Below, one piece after another: positions 29,134 through 39,198 of a DNA stretch of 64,000 nt (its first letter is position 1; each line of letters opens with the position of its first letter). The translations under genes and the position numbers were made by a program. The notes below the pieces were generated by a model. It did not search any database. It was not told where the DNA came from and saw only the letters and a program-made list of their open reading frames with translations. Source of the DNA: a virus (lineage: Duplodnaviria; Heunggongvirae; Uroviricota; Caudoviricetes). Location: the IMG/VR virus record IMGVR_UViG_3300021979_000001, positions 258,948 to 322,947 of that record; one strand, 5' to 3'.

Positions 29134-30516
29134 ATGTTTAACAATATTCTTCTGAATACCGATAGCTACAAATCCAGTCACGCCTATCAATACCCGCCAA
29201 ACACCACACACGTTTACAGCTATATCGAAAGCCGTGGTGGCAAGTGGGATCATGCCGTTGTGTTCGGCCTGCAAATGTTTCTCAAAGAATATCTGACCAA
29301 ACCTATCACCCAGGCGATGATTGACGAGGCCGAAAGTTTCTGGCAGGCACATGGTGAACCCTTTTATCGTGAAGGCTGGCAGCATATCCTCGATGCGCAT
29401 AATGGTTATTTGCCGGTTGAAATCAAGGCCGTGAATGAAGGGACGGTGTTGCCGACACACAATGTTATGTTGACTGTTGTCAATACCGACCCTAAATGCT
29501 TTTGGTTGACATCGTTCCTTGAAACGGCAATCCTGCGGGCGGTGTGGTATCCGACCACGGTGGCGACCAATTCATGGCATTGTAAACAGGTTATCAAGAC
29601 CTGGCTTGACAAAACATCAGATGCCCCGGAACAAGTTGCATTCAAATTGCACGATTTTGGCGCGCGCGGTGTTTCAAGCCTGGAAAGTGCCGCCATTGGT
29701 GGTGTCGCCCATCTGGTCAATTTCATGGGCACTGATACTGTTTCCGGTGTTTTGGCCGCACGGACATATTACAACGAAGACATGGCCGGTTTTTCTATCC
29801 CTGCCGCAGAACATTCAACCATGACTGCTTGGGGCCGGGAAAATGAGGCGACCGCGTATCGCAACATGATCCAGCAATTCGGGGGTGATGGAAAACTGGT
29901 CGCAGTTGTCTCTGACAGCTATGATCTTTTTAATGCTGTTGATAAAATCTGGGGCGAGGAACTGCGTCAGGAAGTTATCGATAGCGGGGCTACCATTGTT
30001 GTTCGCCCTGACTCCGGTGACCCAAAAACCATCCCGGTTGAATGTGTCATTCGTCTTGGTGAAAAATTTGGCTATAGCCTGAATGACAAAGGATACAAAG
30101 TCCTTCCATCGTGCGTTCGGGTTATTCAGGGAGATGGCATCAACTTCGATACCATTGGTATTATCCTGAAAAATCTGGCCGACGCCGGATGGGCGGCGGA
30201 TAACATCGCGTTTGGCATGGGCGGCGGTCTGTTGCAGCAAATTGATCGCGATACCCTGAAATTCGCAATGAAGTGTTCCGCCGCCAAAATCGACGGAAAA
30301 TGGGTTGATGTTTACAAAGACCCAATCACTGATCCCGGTAAACGTAGCAAACGTGGTCGCCTCGGGTTGGTTCTGCTGGACGGTATGTATCAAACTGTTT
30401 CCGAAGATGCCACCGGCCAGGATGATAATCTGTTGATCCCGGTTTATCGCAATGGAAAGCTACTGCGCGACTTGACTTTCGCTGAAATCCGCGAACGGGC
30501 AACCCAAGCCCTGTAA
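29134..30516 (+). CDS. nadV: nicotinamide phosphoribosyltransferase (NAMPT)
   Basis: TDSYKSSH, YIESRGG, LHDFGARG, SIPAAEHS, VSDSYD, RPDSGDP, IQGDG, FGMGGGLLQ, KDPITDPGKRSKRG; GGAG SD before ATG 29134. Confidence 0.95.
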   Translation: MFNNILLNTDSYKSSHAYQYPPNTTHVYSYIESRGGKWDHAVVFGLQMFLKEYLTKPITQAMIDEAESFWQAHGEPFYREGWQHILDAHNGYLPVEIKAVNEGTVLPTHNVMLTVVNTDPKCFWLTSFLETAILRAVWYPTTVATNSWHCKQVIKTWLDKTSDAPEQVAFKLHDFGARGVSSLESAAIGGVAHLVNFMGTDTVSGVLAARTYYNEDMAGFSIPAAEHSTMTAWGRENEATAYRNMIQQFGGDGKLVAVVSDSYDLFNAVDKIWGEELRQEVIDSGATIVVRPDSGDPKTIPVECVIRLGEKFGYSLNDKGYKVLPSCVRVIQGDGINFDTIGIILKNLADAGWAADNIAFGMGGGLLQQIDRDTLKFAMKCSAAKIDGKWVDVYKDPITDPGKRSKRGRLGLVLLDGMYQTVSEDATGQDDNLLIPVYRNGKLLRDLTFAEIRERATQAL

Positions 30517-30544
30517 CACTTCCCTACAATAAAAACGACAAAAT

Positions 30545-30581
30545 GAAAACCCCTCGAACCACATGCGTTCGGGGGGTTTTC
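30545..30581 (+). terminator. rho-independent terminator
   Basis: GAAAACCCCTCGAAC-loop-GTTCGGGGGGTTTTC after nadV. Confidence 0.75.
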
Positions 30582-30620
30582 CATGACATAAATAAACATG
30601 CATTATGGATATATTATGTT

Positions 30621-31022
30621 ATGGACCAACCAAATAGAATTAGACTTCGCGGTATACCTTCACAAAAATACAGTAAATTTGTTGCGGCATTGTCTGCCGT
30701 GACATCCGATCACCCATTAAACCCAAACGCCAAATTAGTTGGGCCAGAAAATGACCCTACTGGATGGGTGGTAATTAACCGATCATCATATCCCCAATCA
30801 GCAAATATATCTGAAATAGTTTCAATTAGCCCTGGTGGCGGAAACAAATGTTTGAAGATGATTATTGAGTTAGCAAATCGATATAATATTCGATTAACAT
30901 TGACACCAAAACCAATTAATCATGGCACATTAACCAAACCGCAACTCATACAATGGTATAAACGGAATGGTTTTATTATGCTGGATAATGGCACAATGAT
31001 GTATACACCGACAACTGATTAG
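30621..31022 (+). CDS. GNAT acetyltransferase-like protein
   Basis: ISPGGGNKCLKMIIELA...LTL...LIQWYKRNGF; CATAAATA at 30587-30594; likely start MDQPN. Confidence 0.6.
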   Translation: MDQPNRIRLRGIPSQKYSKFVAALSAVTSDHPLNPNAKLVGPENDPTGWVVINRSSYPQSANISEIVSISPGGGNKCLKMIIELANRYNIRLTLTPKPINHGTLTKPQLIQWYKRNGFIMLDNGTMMYTPTTD

Positions 31023-31564
31023 CCGACGAACGGCCAATCCGCTTTATTGTTGTTAACTTCGGTGATGCGAGTTTTCCAATCTTCTTTATTCAGGGTAATC
31101 GTGTCATCATGAAGAAAACCGTATACCAAATCGGTTTCAGTAAACGGTAACCGAACGATATTACACAAATGCGTGTTAAACGATTTCTCGTTTTTGGTTG
31201 TAATGTAAGCATTACCGTTTGGCAATACACCACTTAGTTTACCAATCTGTAATATGTTTGGCCCAGTATCATTAATCCAACTTTTATATTGATCCGTGCC
31301 ACGAAATATAACGGCATCACCAATTTTTGTTTCGCGCCAGGTTGCATCAGGATAACCAGATAATGGCATTTGTTCCAATGACAAAACCGAAAACGATTTT
31401 ATTCTGGGTTGATCATACCACAAAAAGGTCAGTTTATGCTCGTTGAAATTAACCTCGATAATTTCACTGGGATCGATCAAGATATTGTTTGGTTTTGCAA
31501 TTACAGCCAAACCGGGTTTTTTGCCGTAATAATGTCCAAACAAAAATTGTTCTAACGGTTTCAT
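31019..31564 (-). CDS. hypothetical protein
   Basis: 181-aa ORF. Confidence 0.6.
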   Translation of the reverse strand: MKPLEQFLFGHYYGKKPGLAVIAKPNNILIDPSEIIEVNFNEHKLTFLWYDQPRIKSFSVLSLEQMPLSGYPDATWRETKIGDAVIFRGTDQYKSWINDTGPNILQIGKLSGVLPNGNAYITTKNEKSFNTHLCNIVRLPFTETDLVYGFLHDDTITLNKEDWKTRITEVNNNKADWPFVG

Positions 31565-31627
31565 CTAACCATATATCCCTATCATAGTTCCCGATTCAAA
31601 ATTTACATAGTTGTGAATAACCGATTG

Positions 31628-32332
31628 TCAGGTGACTGTAGCCGATTCAAAATTTATCATTACCCGATTTAAACAAAATTTACGCAGTTGTGAATAAACG
31701 GTTGTCAGGTGAATGTAGTATGTAGTTGGCAATGTGTCGTCAACCATTTTATATAACATGCGATATGGCACTGTTTTTTCTTCATCTGAAATATTAATGT
31801 CAAATACAAGCATAGACCGGGCGGGATCAAATAAGCCGAGGTTGGCTAAACTTGAAGAAATTTCTAAACAAATCGGAAATTTCTTTTCAGAAATACACCG
31901 ATCATTGAGAAAATTAGATACGCTTTTATCAATCGGAATTCCAGTAAAAGAAAATTCCCATTCATTAAAATAAGTTAACACATATTTTCGGCTATTGGGA
32001 TATATATGAGAGGTATCAATGAGTTTCAATGTGATACCATCATATACGCCATCTACACCAAAATAAGTAGCATTGTAATTGTAGTTTTCTTTGTTTTTGT
32101 CGAAAACCACGTTAATGCCATTATTCCGCCGATATTTGTTCACAATGAATTGTGAATACCATACCAATTCGGAAATGGTAAATAATGATACATTTAATTG
32201 TTTAGAATATTCGTTTATATACCATTTAAACGCATCTGTTGAGATTTCAAATGCGTTATGCTGTAATTGACGTTTTGCCCGTTGTTCAATGCTTGCGAGT
32301 TTATTTGTCAAGGTATTATAATCAATCATCAC
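31628..32332 (-). CDS. hypothetical protein
   Basis: 234-aa ORF coupled to the kinase gene. Confidence 0.6.
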   Translation of the reverse strand: MMIDYNTLTNKLASIEQRAKRQLQHNAFEISTDAFKWYINEYSKQLNVSLFTISELVWYSQFIVNKYRRNNGINVVFDKNKENYNYNATYFGVDGVYDGITLKLIDTSHIYPNSRKYVLTYFNEWEFSFTGIPIDKSVSNFLNDRCISEKKFPICLEISSSLANLGLFDPARSMLVFDINISDEEKTVPYRMLYKMVDDTLPTTYYIHLTTVYSQLRKFCLNRVMINFESATVT

Positions 32333-32841
32333 ACAAATACGTCATAAATATATGACGCCTCCCCCACTTGCACTGGTTCATAAATGGATTTCAAATAATC
32401 TATATAACCTAACGGGATATATGAACCCGTAGATTTTCCTCGCTGTGTCAATCGGGATAATAGCACGTTTGTTTCAATGTGAAACGAATAAATGCAGGTG
32501 ATATAATCCGGGGCCAGATTTATCCATTTATGTCGATTGTTATAAGACAAATTTTGAGCATCAATGATAATGTTTTCTTTATTTTTTACGGCAGTAATGA
32601 ATTTGGTAATTGCATCCTCGGTGAACGCTTTATCTTCGTTAACGATAAAATTGTTGTTCTGCGGCTCGGGACGGATAATAACATGCGGCCCATAATCATG
32701 AATGCGTTTATCACACCAATTTGTTTTACCTGATGTTGGCATACCAACCAAAACAAACAATTTGGGTCGGGTTGATTCCGGCAACACGGATGTCGTAGTC
32801 GCATCAATTGCATCAATCGGTTCATGATTCATTTTATTCAA
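32329..32841 (-). CDS. P-loop kinase (AAA_33 / polynucleotide-kinase-like)
   Basis: LVGMPTSGKT (Walker A), IIIDAQNL, RxxxR lid (SRLTQR). Confidence 0.75.
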   Translation of the reverse strand: MNKMNHEPIDAIDATTTSVLPESTRPKLFVLVGMPTSGKTNWCDKRIHDYGPHVIIRPEPQNNNFIVNEDKAFTEDAITKFITAVKNKENIIIDAQNLSYNNRHKWINLAPDYITCIYSFHIETNVLLSRLTQRGKSTGSYIPLGYIDYLKSIYEPVQVGEASYIYDVFV

Positions 32842-32912
32842 CAGATCACTATCTTATTCGCCAAAACATATACCGATAACGGGTATACCATAATTTTACA
32901 TCCATACAAAAG

Positions 32913-32940
32913 AAAAACGCCCCAAAATCAGGGCGTTTTT
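32913..32940 (-). terminator. rho-independent terminator
   Basis: AAAAACGCCC-loop-GGGCGTTTTT. Confidence 0.7.
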
Positions 32941-32995
32941 AAATTTTGTTCTGAAACACGATGCGTAGTTCCAACCTGTAGTGTCGGGTTGTGCA

Positions 32996-34213
32996 TTATT
33001 TGGTAATAACCTTCAACTTTGCCCGGTTGACCACCGTTTGTTTCACGCCTTTGAACACTTCATGTTTTTTGATGGTTGCAGCCATTTCAAACCGGGCATG
33101 GGCGGCGATGCCTTGCGGAGAACTAGCAAACCACGTGACCAGATTTCCATCGTCAGTGATGAATTTGTAAAGATAGCTGGTGCCATAATATCCAGAAATG
33201 ACCGTTTCTGAAACCAAGGTCACCGTTTCAGCCAGACGCGTGATATTCGGTTTTTTCTTGTCGGCAAAACCAACAATGTATTTGCTGTTCGAGAAATCAT
33301 ATTTCTTCGCAGCTTTTCCCGGAATAATTTTGGTCATATAAATGCCAACGACCGACGCCATAGTGCCCATTGCGCGATGGGGGATATGTGTTTCATCGAT
33401 CATAACATTTACGTTATGCTCATAATCGCTCAACGTTTCTTTAGTTTTCACGGATTGTTTAAACCAGGCGATTGCATCTTCTGCCATATCAAAATCACAA
33501 TCTTGAGGAATATCCGGTTCTTTATTCCGAGCATCATAAATATCGAGATAGTTGGAAAATGCATCATTGGCCGTGCTGGTCAATTCTTCGTTGTCGTATG
33601 CTTTCGCGCCGGAAACCCAGCCATAATGACGTATCATGCATGCAACATGTGCAAGGTATTCATCCAACGGGAATTGGCAGTATTCCATGCCCGGTTCGGT
33701 GTCGTTCCAATCTTGGGACAGTGCGTCCATATCTTCGAAATATGACGCCAAGCCAGGCAGATTGTGACCGAGAAAATCTTTCAGGCACGACGAACCAACC
33801 TGCTTATATTCGCCGGTTTCCTCGTTCATCAGAACATACGTATTCCGACGATACCGATTGATGTTGCAATGTTCACAGGTGCAACCAGATGTGCGATATT
33901 TTTCAGGAATCGTTTTACCCGGAATAGACCGGATAACATTGCGATCATCTTTATAGCTGTCAATGCTCGCAACGAACTCCCAACCCGAAAATTTCAGGTC
34001 ATACACTGTAACATGGAAATGGTGCATGCGCACCCAGGCGTTTTTAACTTCAACCAATTCCCACCCCAACGGGATCGCGAGGATCGGCTCACCGATGATC
34101 TTCTCCGCTTTCTTGCTAACTTTTGCAATAGCAGCTTCAAAATCCGCAACGCGGTGTGCAGGAATGAAGTAATCAACCCGTCCGGTCGTTCCATACTGAT
34201 TAATCATAATCAT
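32996..34213 (-). CDS. conserved phage protein with Zn-binding motif and C-terminal OB-fold-like region
   Basis: CEHC...QVGSSCLKDFLG; C-terminal YKF...GNLVTWF...ATIKKH..FKGVKQT.VNR. Confidence 0.65.
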   Translation of the reverse strand: MIMINQYGTTGRVDYFIPAHRVADFEAAIAKVSKKAEKIIGEPILAIPLGWELVEVKNAWVRMHHFHVTVYDLKFSGWEFVASIDSYKDDRNVIRSIPGKTIPEKYRTSGCTCEHCNINRYRRNTYVLMNEETGEYKQVGSSCLKDFLGHNLPGLASYFEDMDALSQDWNDTEPGMEYCQFPLDEYLAHVACMIRHYGWVSGAKAYDNEELTSTANDAFSNYLDIYDARNKEPDIPQDCDFDMAEDAIAWFKQSVKTKETLSDYEHNVNVMIDETHIPHRAMGTMASVVGIYMTKIIPGKAAKKYDFSNSKYIVGFADKKKPNITRLAETVTLVSETVISGYYGTSYLYKFITDDGNLVTWFASSPQGIAAHARFEMAATIKKHEVFKGVKQTVVNRAKLKVITK

Positions 34214-34342
34214 TCCCTTTCATCGTATGTCTTGGTTAATGATCACAATATACCAGACAACAATAATTTTTCAACAAAAAAAACACATATTATGCATTTT
34301 TTTTATTTGTTTTATTATGCACATTAATCAAACTGATAAATA

Positions 34343-34927
34343 ATGAAGACAAACCGATTGGACCGTATGACGATGATTGACCATCCATATTTTCATGACC
34401 AGCATCCCGTAATATTGGATGAAGAAAGCTATAAAAGCATTATTGCGGATATTACGAAGAATAATGTTCCCGGCAGTATCGTCAATAATTTGCCGCACAA
34501 AGATTGGGCACCATTGATCAAATTTGTTCGTTACGTTACTTATAGCGGAAGCACATTCAAATTCTTTGTGCCAAATAAGTATAATGGTTGGCACACATAT
34601 ATTCAGTTTCGGAAAGAACAATGGCTTGAACAGATTAATGACAGAAGCCTAAACGCTAATGAAGTTGCGCGGCTTATGTTATGGTCCGGGGATATTTTGG
34701 TTCATTGTCCTTGCCCCAGTTTCAAATTCTGGGGTTTCCAATATATTATGACGCAGCTTGATTCCGCGATCATCCCGGAAAAACGGTATCCCCATATTCG
34801 CAACCCACAATTACATGGGGTATGTTGCAAACATCTGAACAGAACGTTAAAAGTTCTTCCCTTTTATCTTGGGGATATTGCGCGGGCTGTTTCTGAAACC
34901 AGAAAAGTAATTGATAACACGATTTAA
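34343..34927 (+). CDS. SWIM-type zinc-finger protein
   Basis: HCPCPSF...CCKHL; GATAAATA at 34335-34342 (true start may be a downstream Met). Confidence 0.7.
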   Translation: MKTNRLDRMTMIDHPYFHDQHPVILDEESYKSIIADITKNNVPGSIVNNLPHKDWAPLIKFVRYVTYSGSTFKFFVPNKYNGWHTYIQFRKEQWLEQINDRSLNANEVARLMLWSGDILVHCPCPSFKFWGFQYIMTQLDSAIIPEKRYPHIRNPQLHGVCCKHLNRTLKVLPFYLGDIARAVSETRKVIDNTI

Positions 34928-35292
34928 CCCTGGCACGAACCGATGACCTTGAAATTATTTTCGAATTTCAAGGCATCTTCCTTTGACCGGAACATAAGGA
35001 ATGAATTTCCCCCCAATCCTTCAACCAGCATTTTATCGATTTTCGGATAATATGGGTCCGTAAACTGATTGCCCATATAAAAATCATCCCCGATTTCCAT
35101 GAACAACCAGTCAGTCAATTCTTGCTCAAACATAAGAGCATCCATGCGCTTATGCCCCGTGAGCCAAATACGATATACATACACATTTGCGTCAAATGTG
35201 ACATAGGTGATGCCAAATTTACCAGGGTAATTGTCAGTTTCATAAGGATTGCTCAAAATGATTCCCCTGTTATTAAAATGACAACAGCCCAT
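34924..35292 (-). CDS. hypothetical protein
   Basis: 122 aa; C-terminal LMFRSKEDALKF motif. Confidence 0.55.
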   Translation of the reverse strand: MGCCHFNNRGIILSNPYETDNYPGKFGITYVTFDANVYVYRIWLTGHKRMDALMFEQELTDWLFMEIGDDFYMGNQFTDPYYPKIDKMLVEGLGGNSFLMFRSKEDALKFENNFKVIGSCQG

Positions 35293-35446
35293 TTGCTGAC
35301 ATCACAAATATAATAGCAATTATCGCAAAAATAGCAAGTATTCCTTTTGCGTGGTCAACGACCAACCCAAGACAAACAAAAATACATGCGAATGGCATCA
35401 AAATTGATGCTGAAATAACCATTAGTATCGTCCCAAAATGAAACAT
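35273..35446 (-). CDS. small two-helix membrane protein (57 aa)
   Basis: MFHFGTILMVISASILMPFACIFVCLGLVVDHAKGILAIFAIIAIIFVMSANGLLSF read from the sequence. Confidence 0.45.
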   Translation of the reverse strand: MFHFGTILMVISASILMPFACIFVCLGLVVDHAKGILAIFAIIAIIFVMSANGLLSF

Positions 35447-35510
35447 GGCTCATTCCTTCATATAACTATTAAAGAAATAAACCATGTTTTAAAATTATCG
35501 TCAACTGAAA

Positions 35511-36686
35511 TTATCGTTCCGGTGCGGTATAAACAATGACCGAACCACGACTTGTATTATCCCCAGAAGCACCAATAGCCGCAATATTCCCGTCAAGTGT
35601 TAATGAAATCGCATCGTTTGTGCTAATTAATCCACTAAACGTATCCACCGCAGACCATTTAATGCCCTGTGCATTCACAAAGACATGCCCCGAATTGCTG
35701 GTTGCCCCGGCAATAACGACCGATCCACTACCATCCGTTCCAACCGCACCATTAAATGATTTCGCATCCGGTGGTGTTACGTGGGTAAGAAGTTTCCAAG
35801 TTAAGCCGGTTTTACGATAAATCCAAACAGTATTAGAAAACCCGTCACCAACGAACATTGTGTCGTTGGTAAGTTTGGAAATAGCAATATTAATTTGTGA
35901 TAAGGAACTAGCATTTCTAGTAAATGTTTTATAAACTTCATATGTTGAACCGTTTAACGAATAAATATAAATGGTGATTTCATCTGACCCGGTTTTCGAA
36001 GTTGTTACGACCGTTGATCCATCATCAGTCATCTTAAGACGATACCCCATTTGTGCCCCAACACCTTGATATGGGTTTTCAATAAATTGTCGCTGTCCCC
36101 AAGTTGAACCTATTTTTGTATATGAATATAATGCACCATACTGATATGATCCACCGTATGTATTTGATCCGACAACAACACGTAACCCATCCGCAGACAT
36201 GGCAACAGTTACCCCAAATCGTTGCTGGTTTTCTCTATTATCTGGTGACAACGTTGCATTTAATGACCACGTTGTTCCATTAGTTGTCCGATACACATAC
36301 GCCGCACCACATGGGGTATTGCTCACGGATGCACCACTACACCCAATAACAACATCATTACCATTATATGAAATTGAAACAGATATACCAAAATAGGCAT
36401 TACTAAACCCCTGTGGGTTATCAATGCGTTGTTTAAACTGCCAGGTAGACCCATTCCATCTATAAATGAACGCCTCGCCTCGGTTAGATTGATATTGTGG
36501 GGCACCAACGACCATTGTTGAACCATCCCCAGATATTGCTGTTGCCGCACCAAACCGGCTAATGGCCTGATCACTTGATAACACCTTCACCGATGACGAA
36601 TTTGACCAGTCATATTTCAACAATACCGGTGCGTTCAATCGCAAATTATTAAATGTCGGAAAAATACCTCGGACCGAAATTCCCAT
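35511..36686 (-). CDS. FG-GAP-repeat beta-propeller protein (possible virion adhesin)
   Basis: Repeats FG.(S/T)VA(I/M)S.DG...VVGA...G.(A/V)Y(I/V)Y; AATAAATA upstream (36721-36728). Confidence 0.8.
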   Translation of the reverse strand: MGISVRGIFPTFNNLRLNAPVLLKYDWSNSSSVKVLSSDQAISRFGAATAISGDGSTMVVGAPQYQSNRGEAFIYRWNGSTWQFKQRIDNPQGFSNAYFGISVSISYNGNDVVIGCSGASVSNTPCGAAYVYRTTNGTTWSLNATLSPDNRENQQRFGVTVAMSADGLRVVVGSNTYGGSYQYGALYSYTKIGSTWGQRQFIENPYQGVGAQMGYRLKMTDDGSTVVTTSKTGSDEITIYIYSLNGSTYEVYKTFTRNASSLSQINIAISKLTNDTMFVGDGFSNTVWIYRKTGLTWKLLTHVTPPDAKSFNGAVGTDGSGSVVIAGATSNSGHVFVNAQGIKWSAVDTFSGLISTNDAISLTLDGNIAAIGASGDNTSRGSVIVYTAPER

Positions 36687-36855
36687 CTAAAACCCCATAA
36701 ATTAAATTTAAACGTATTTGTATTTATTGTCGTTTAACCTATTCTTAAGTGCGCAAATAATACCAATGGCAAAATATGCCCGTATTACTGCATTATGTAA
36801 TTGAAAATATAACCAAAATAATGTATAGCTATACTTTTGAACATGGATAAAATCA

Positions 36856-37632
36856 ATGACCAAAACAATTGTCGGATGTGGATCATCCAATACGTATGGT
36901 GACTACATGCCCGATGGTGATGGGAATTTCAGAAAAAGTAGCAAGATGACATGGCCGTTCCACTTGGCGTCTGCGTTGGGAATGAATGTTTATCTATCTG
37001 CGATTCCTGGTCAGTCTGCATCAGCCATATTGCGTAATGCAGTTAAAGATGCACTCCATGTTAAGCAAAACGGGGGAGAACCCGTGGTTGTTGCCATACT
37101 GGTTGGTTTGGATCGAACAGAACTGATCCACAATAATTGTTGGATCAATATCGGTAATTGGTTATTACCCAAAAAATTCAAACCATCGCTGATTAGTATT
37201 GAAACCAACCCGGTATCATATTTCACCGAAGTGCATTATAGAGTCCGGGAACGTATCCAGAATTATTACGATTTATACCGGTCAATATTGATGCTTCAAT
37301 GTGTATGCATGCAAAATAATATCCCATGGATGATTGCACAAACATCAAAAAACGAAATAGTTGATGACAGTTTATTGGATATTGAACTGAAACAGCTTGA
37401 TCCGCATCGTGAATTTACATGGTCATTGCGACCGTATTACGATCAGGTAGATCATTCCCGGTTAATGATAAATGAACCATTGAACATACATACCGGAAAA
37501 CATGATTTTAATTATATCACGACAAATGATGGTAGAAGTTACCCATGCGCAGAAGCCCATAAATCATGGGTAGAATGCGCAGTAATTCCTTTTATGCAGG
37601 CGAGTATGCCAGAACTGTTTAACGACGTGTGA
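36856..37632 (+). CDS. SGNH-fold-like protein
   Basis: GCGSSNTYGD, TWPFHLA, AIPGQS; C-terminal YPCAEAHKSW (Tyr where HP is usual). Confidence 0.55.
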   Translation: MTKTIVGCGSSNTYGDYMPDGDGNFRKSSKMTWPFHLASALGMNVYLSAIPGQSASAILRNAVKDALHVKQNGGEPVVVAILVGLDRTELIHNNCWINIGNWLLPKKFKPSLISIETNPVSYFTEVHYRVRERIQNYYDLYRSILMLQCVCMQNNIPWMIAQTSKNEIVDDSLLDIELKQLDPHREFTWSLRPYYDQVDHSRLMINEPLNIHTGKHDFNYITTNDGRSYPCAEAHKSWVECAVIPFMQASMPELFNDV

Positions 37633-37696
37633 GGGACCAAAAAACGCACACAGAACATGATAAATAACCGTATACTGTAGTGTGTGGGTTGAAAAA

Positions 37697-38497
37697 ATGC
37701 CAAATAATGATTTAAATGAATACCGGAAATTACCAACTGATCACATGCAAGGGAATGATCAGGATTATAAAATAATAAAACATCTTATTAATCTGCCCAA
37801 TAAAACGATAGAGAACCCTACGACTGCGAAAAATATAAAAAAACGTATTAGACAATCGTTATCAGCACATGGCCTTGATCGCACAGATCAAGAATATGTA
37901 GATCATTTATATAAGTTAATTGTCCAGGCGGCGGCACGGCGGCACGAGGCCCAGTTACGAAGTGATAAAACAAACAACATTGACCCTCTCTTAAAAAATC
38001 GCGAACAACGGATAAATCATAACACCAAGCAGAAATCAGCGCAGAACTACCACATGATTCGTCAGGCACGAAAAGATTATATTATTGAATTGATTAACCA
38101 AACCAAAATGTGTCCCATCTTTTCCCACTGGTCAACCGATGATCAATCAATAGTTTTGTTTGCGTTTGAAAATGGCGGTGCGACGGTTGGGAAGCAGCAA
38201 GGTGCATTAGCAACACTATCCGCCATTGAAACCGCAGTAAAGGAACGCGACTGGGATGTAATTCATGTCAGCAACAACCATGGTATTAAAGATAGTTGCT
38301 ACATCAAAGTTCCAGGGGGCGACATTGTTCGAGTTTCGAATCATGAATTACCTATCACCCACGAACGATTACACCACCATGATCAAAATAATGGCCCGAC
38401 ATGGGCAGGTGAAATCATTGTGGATGATTGGTTACACCGATCAATCGAAAGTTATATGTCAGAAATTCGTGACATTAGTCTACATGAGTTTTCGTAA
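37697..38497 (+). CDS. hypothetical late protein
   Basis: GATAAATA at 37659-37666; C-terminal SCYI...VRVSNH. Confidence 0.6.
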   Translation: MPNNDLNEYRKLPTDHMQGNDQDYKIIKHLINLPNKTIENPTTAKNIKKRIRQSLSAHGLDRTDQEYVDHLYKLIVQAAARRHEAQLRSDKTNNIDPLLKNREQRINHNTKQKSAQNYHMIRQARKDYIIELINQTKMCPIFSHWSTDDQSIVLFAFENGGATVGKQQGALATLSAIETAVKERDWDVIHVSNNHGIKDSCYIKVPGGDIVRVSNHELPITHERLHHHDQNNGPTWAGEIIVDDWLHRSIESYMSEIRDISLHEFS

Positions 38498-38507
38498 TTT
38501 TATCATT

Positions 38508-39116
38508 CTATAGTTTCGAAATATCCAGACGGTCATAATCATCTATCGTCAATTCGGATGATCCAAGTTTTTTAACCGATCTGATGATTTTCGGGTTTAA
38601 AACAACGATTACGTGTGATGATCCCATGAAATAATCGTTAACTTTGATGTAATCAATGCCATGTTCGATCAGCCATGTTCTAAAATACAATGAAAACTTT
38701 CCATATAACAGGTTGTCACCACTAACAATATTCAGATAATATATATAAGACATGCTAGCATCATCGTTCAAATTGCGATTGTTAAATTCCAACATATATT
38801 TTTTGTAATAAGTTTTTTTGTATTTCTTAATGAAATCAATAAAATCACGAACCGGTATTTTATTTGTTTCAGATTTGAATGAAGCATCAATATATACTTC
38901 ATATAATGCACGGGAACCTTTGCTATATTGTTTGGCAATTTCTAGTGAATCGGTCAAATATAATCCTGGCCCCAATGCGGCATTATTTTTTTTACTTGGT
39001 TTCATTTCATAGAATGTATGTTCAAGACCCTTTCCCCCGTGCCATAGTTTAACCCAATTGGCTTTATCACTATCATCAAATTCACGCAAAAAATTGGCAA
39101 CGTCTCTATTACTCAT
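38508..39116 (-). CDS. ADP-ribosyltransferase-like protein
   Basis: LWHGG...LGPGLYLTDSLEIAKQYS...LYEV...GIDYI...IVVLNPKII (PARP-like H-Y pattern); CATAAATA upstream. Confidence 0.55.
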   Translation of the reverse strand: MSNRDVANFLREFDDSDKANWVKLWHGGKGLEHTFYEMKPSKKNNAALGPGLYLTDSLEIAKQYSKGSRALYEVYIDASFKSETNKIPVRDFIDFIKKYKKTYYKKYMLEFNNRNLNDDASMSYIYYLNIVSGDNLLYGKFSLYFRTWLIEHGIDYIKVNDYFMGSSHVIVVLNPKIIRSVKKLGSSELTIDDYDRLDISKL

Positions 39117-39147
39117 TGTTAATAAACCATTATTATGTATGTATAGA

Positions 39148-39170
39148 TATTTATGATAAAACCATAAATA
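39148..39170. promoter_or_regulatory. back-to-back divergent late-type promoters (CATAAATA on each strand)
   Basis: Minus-strand CATAAATA at 39148-39155 and plus-strand CATAAATA at 39163-39170, between divergent genes. Confidence 0.6.
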
Positions 39171-39198
39171 AAAAGAATAGTTTGAGTATATTTTTAGA

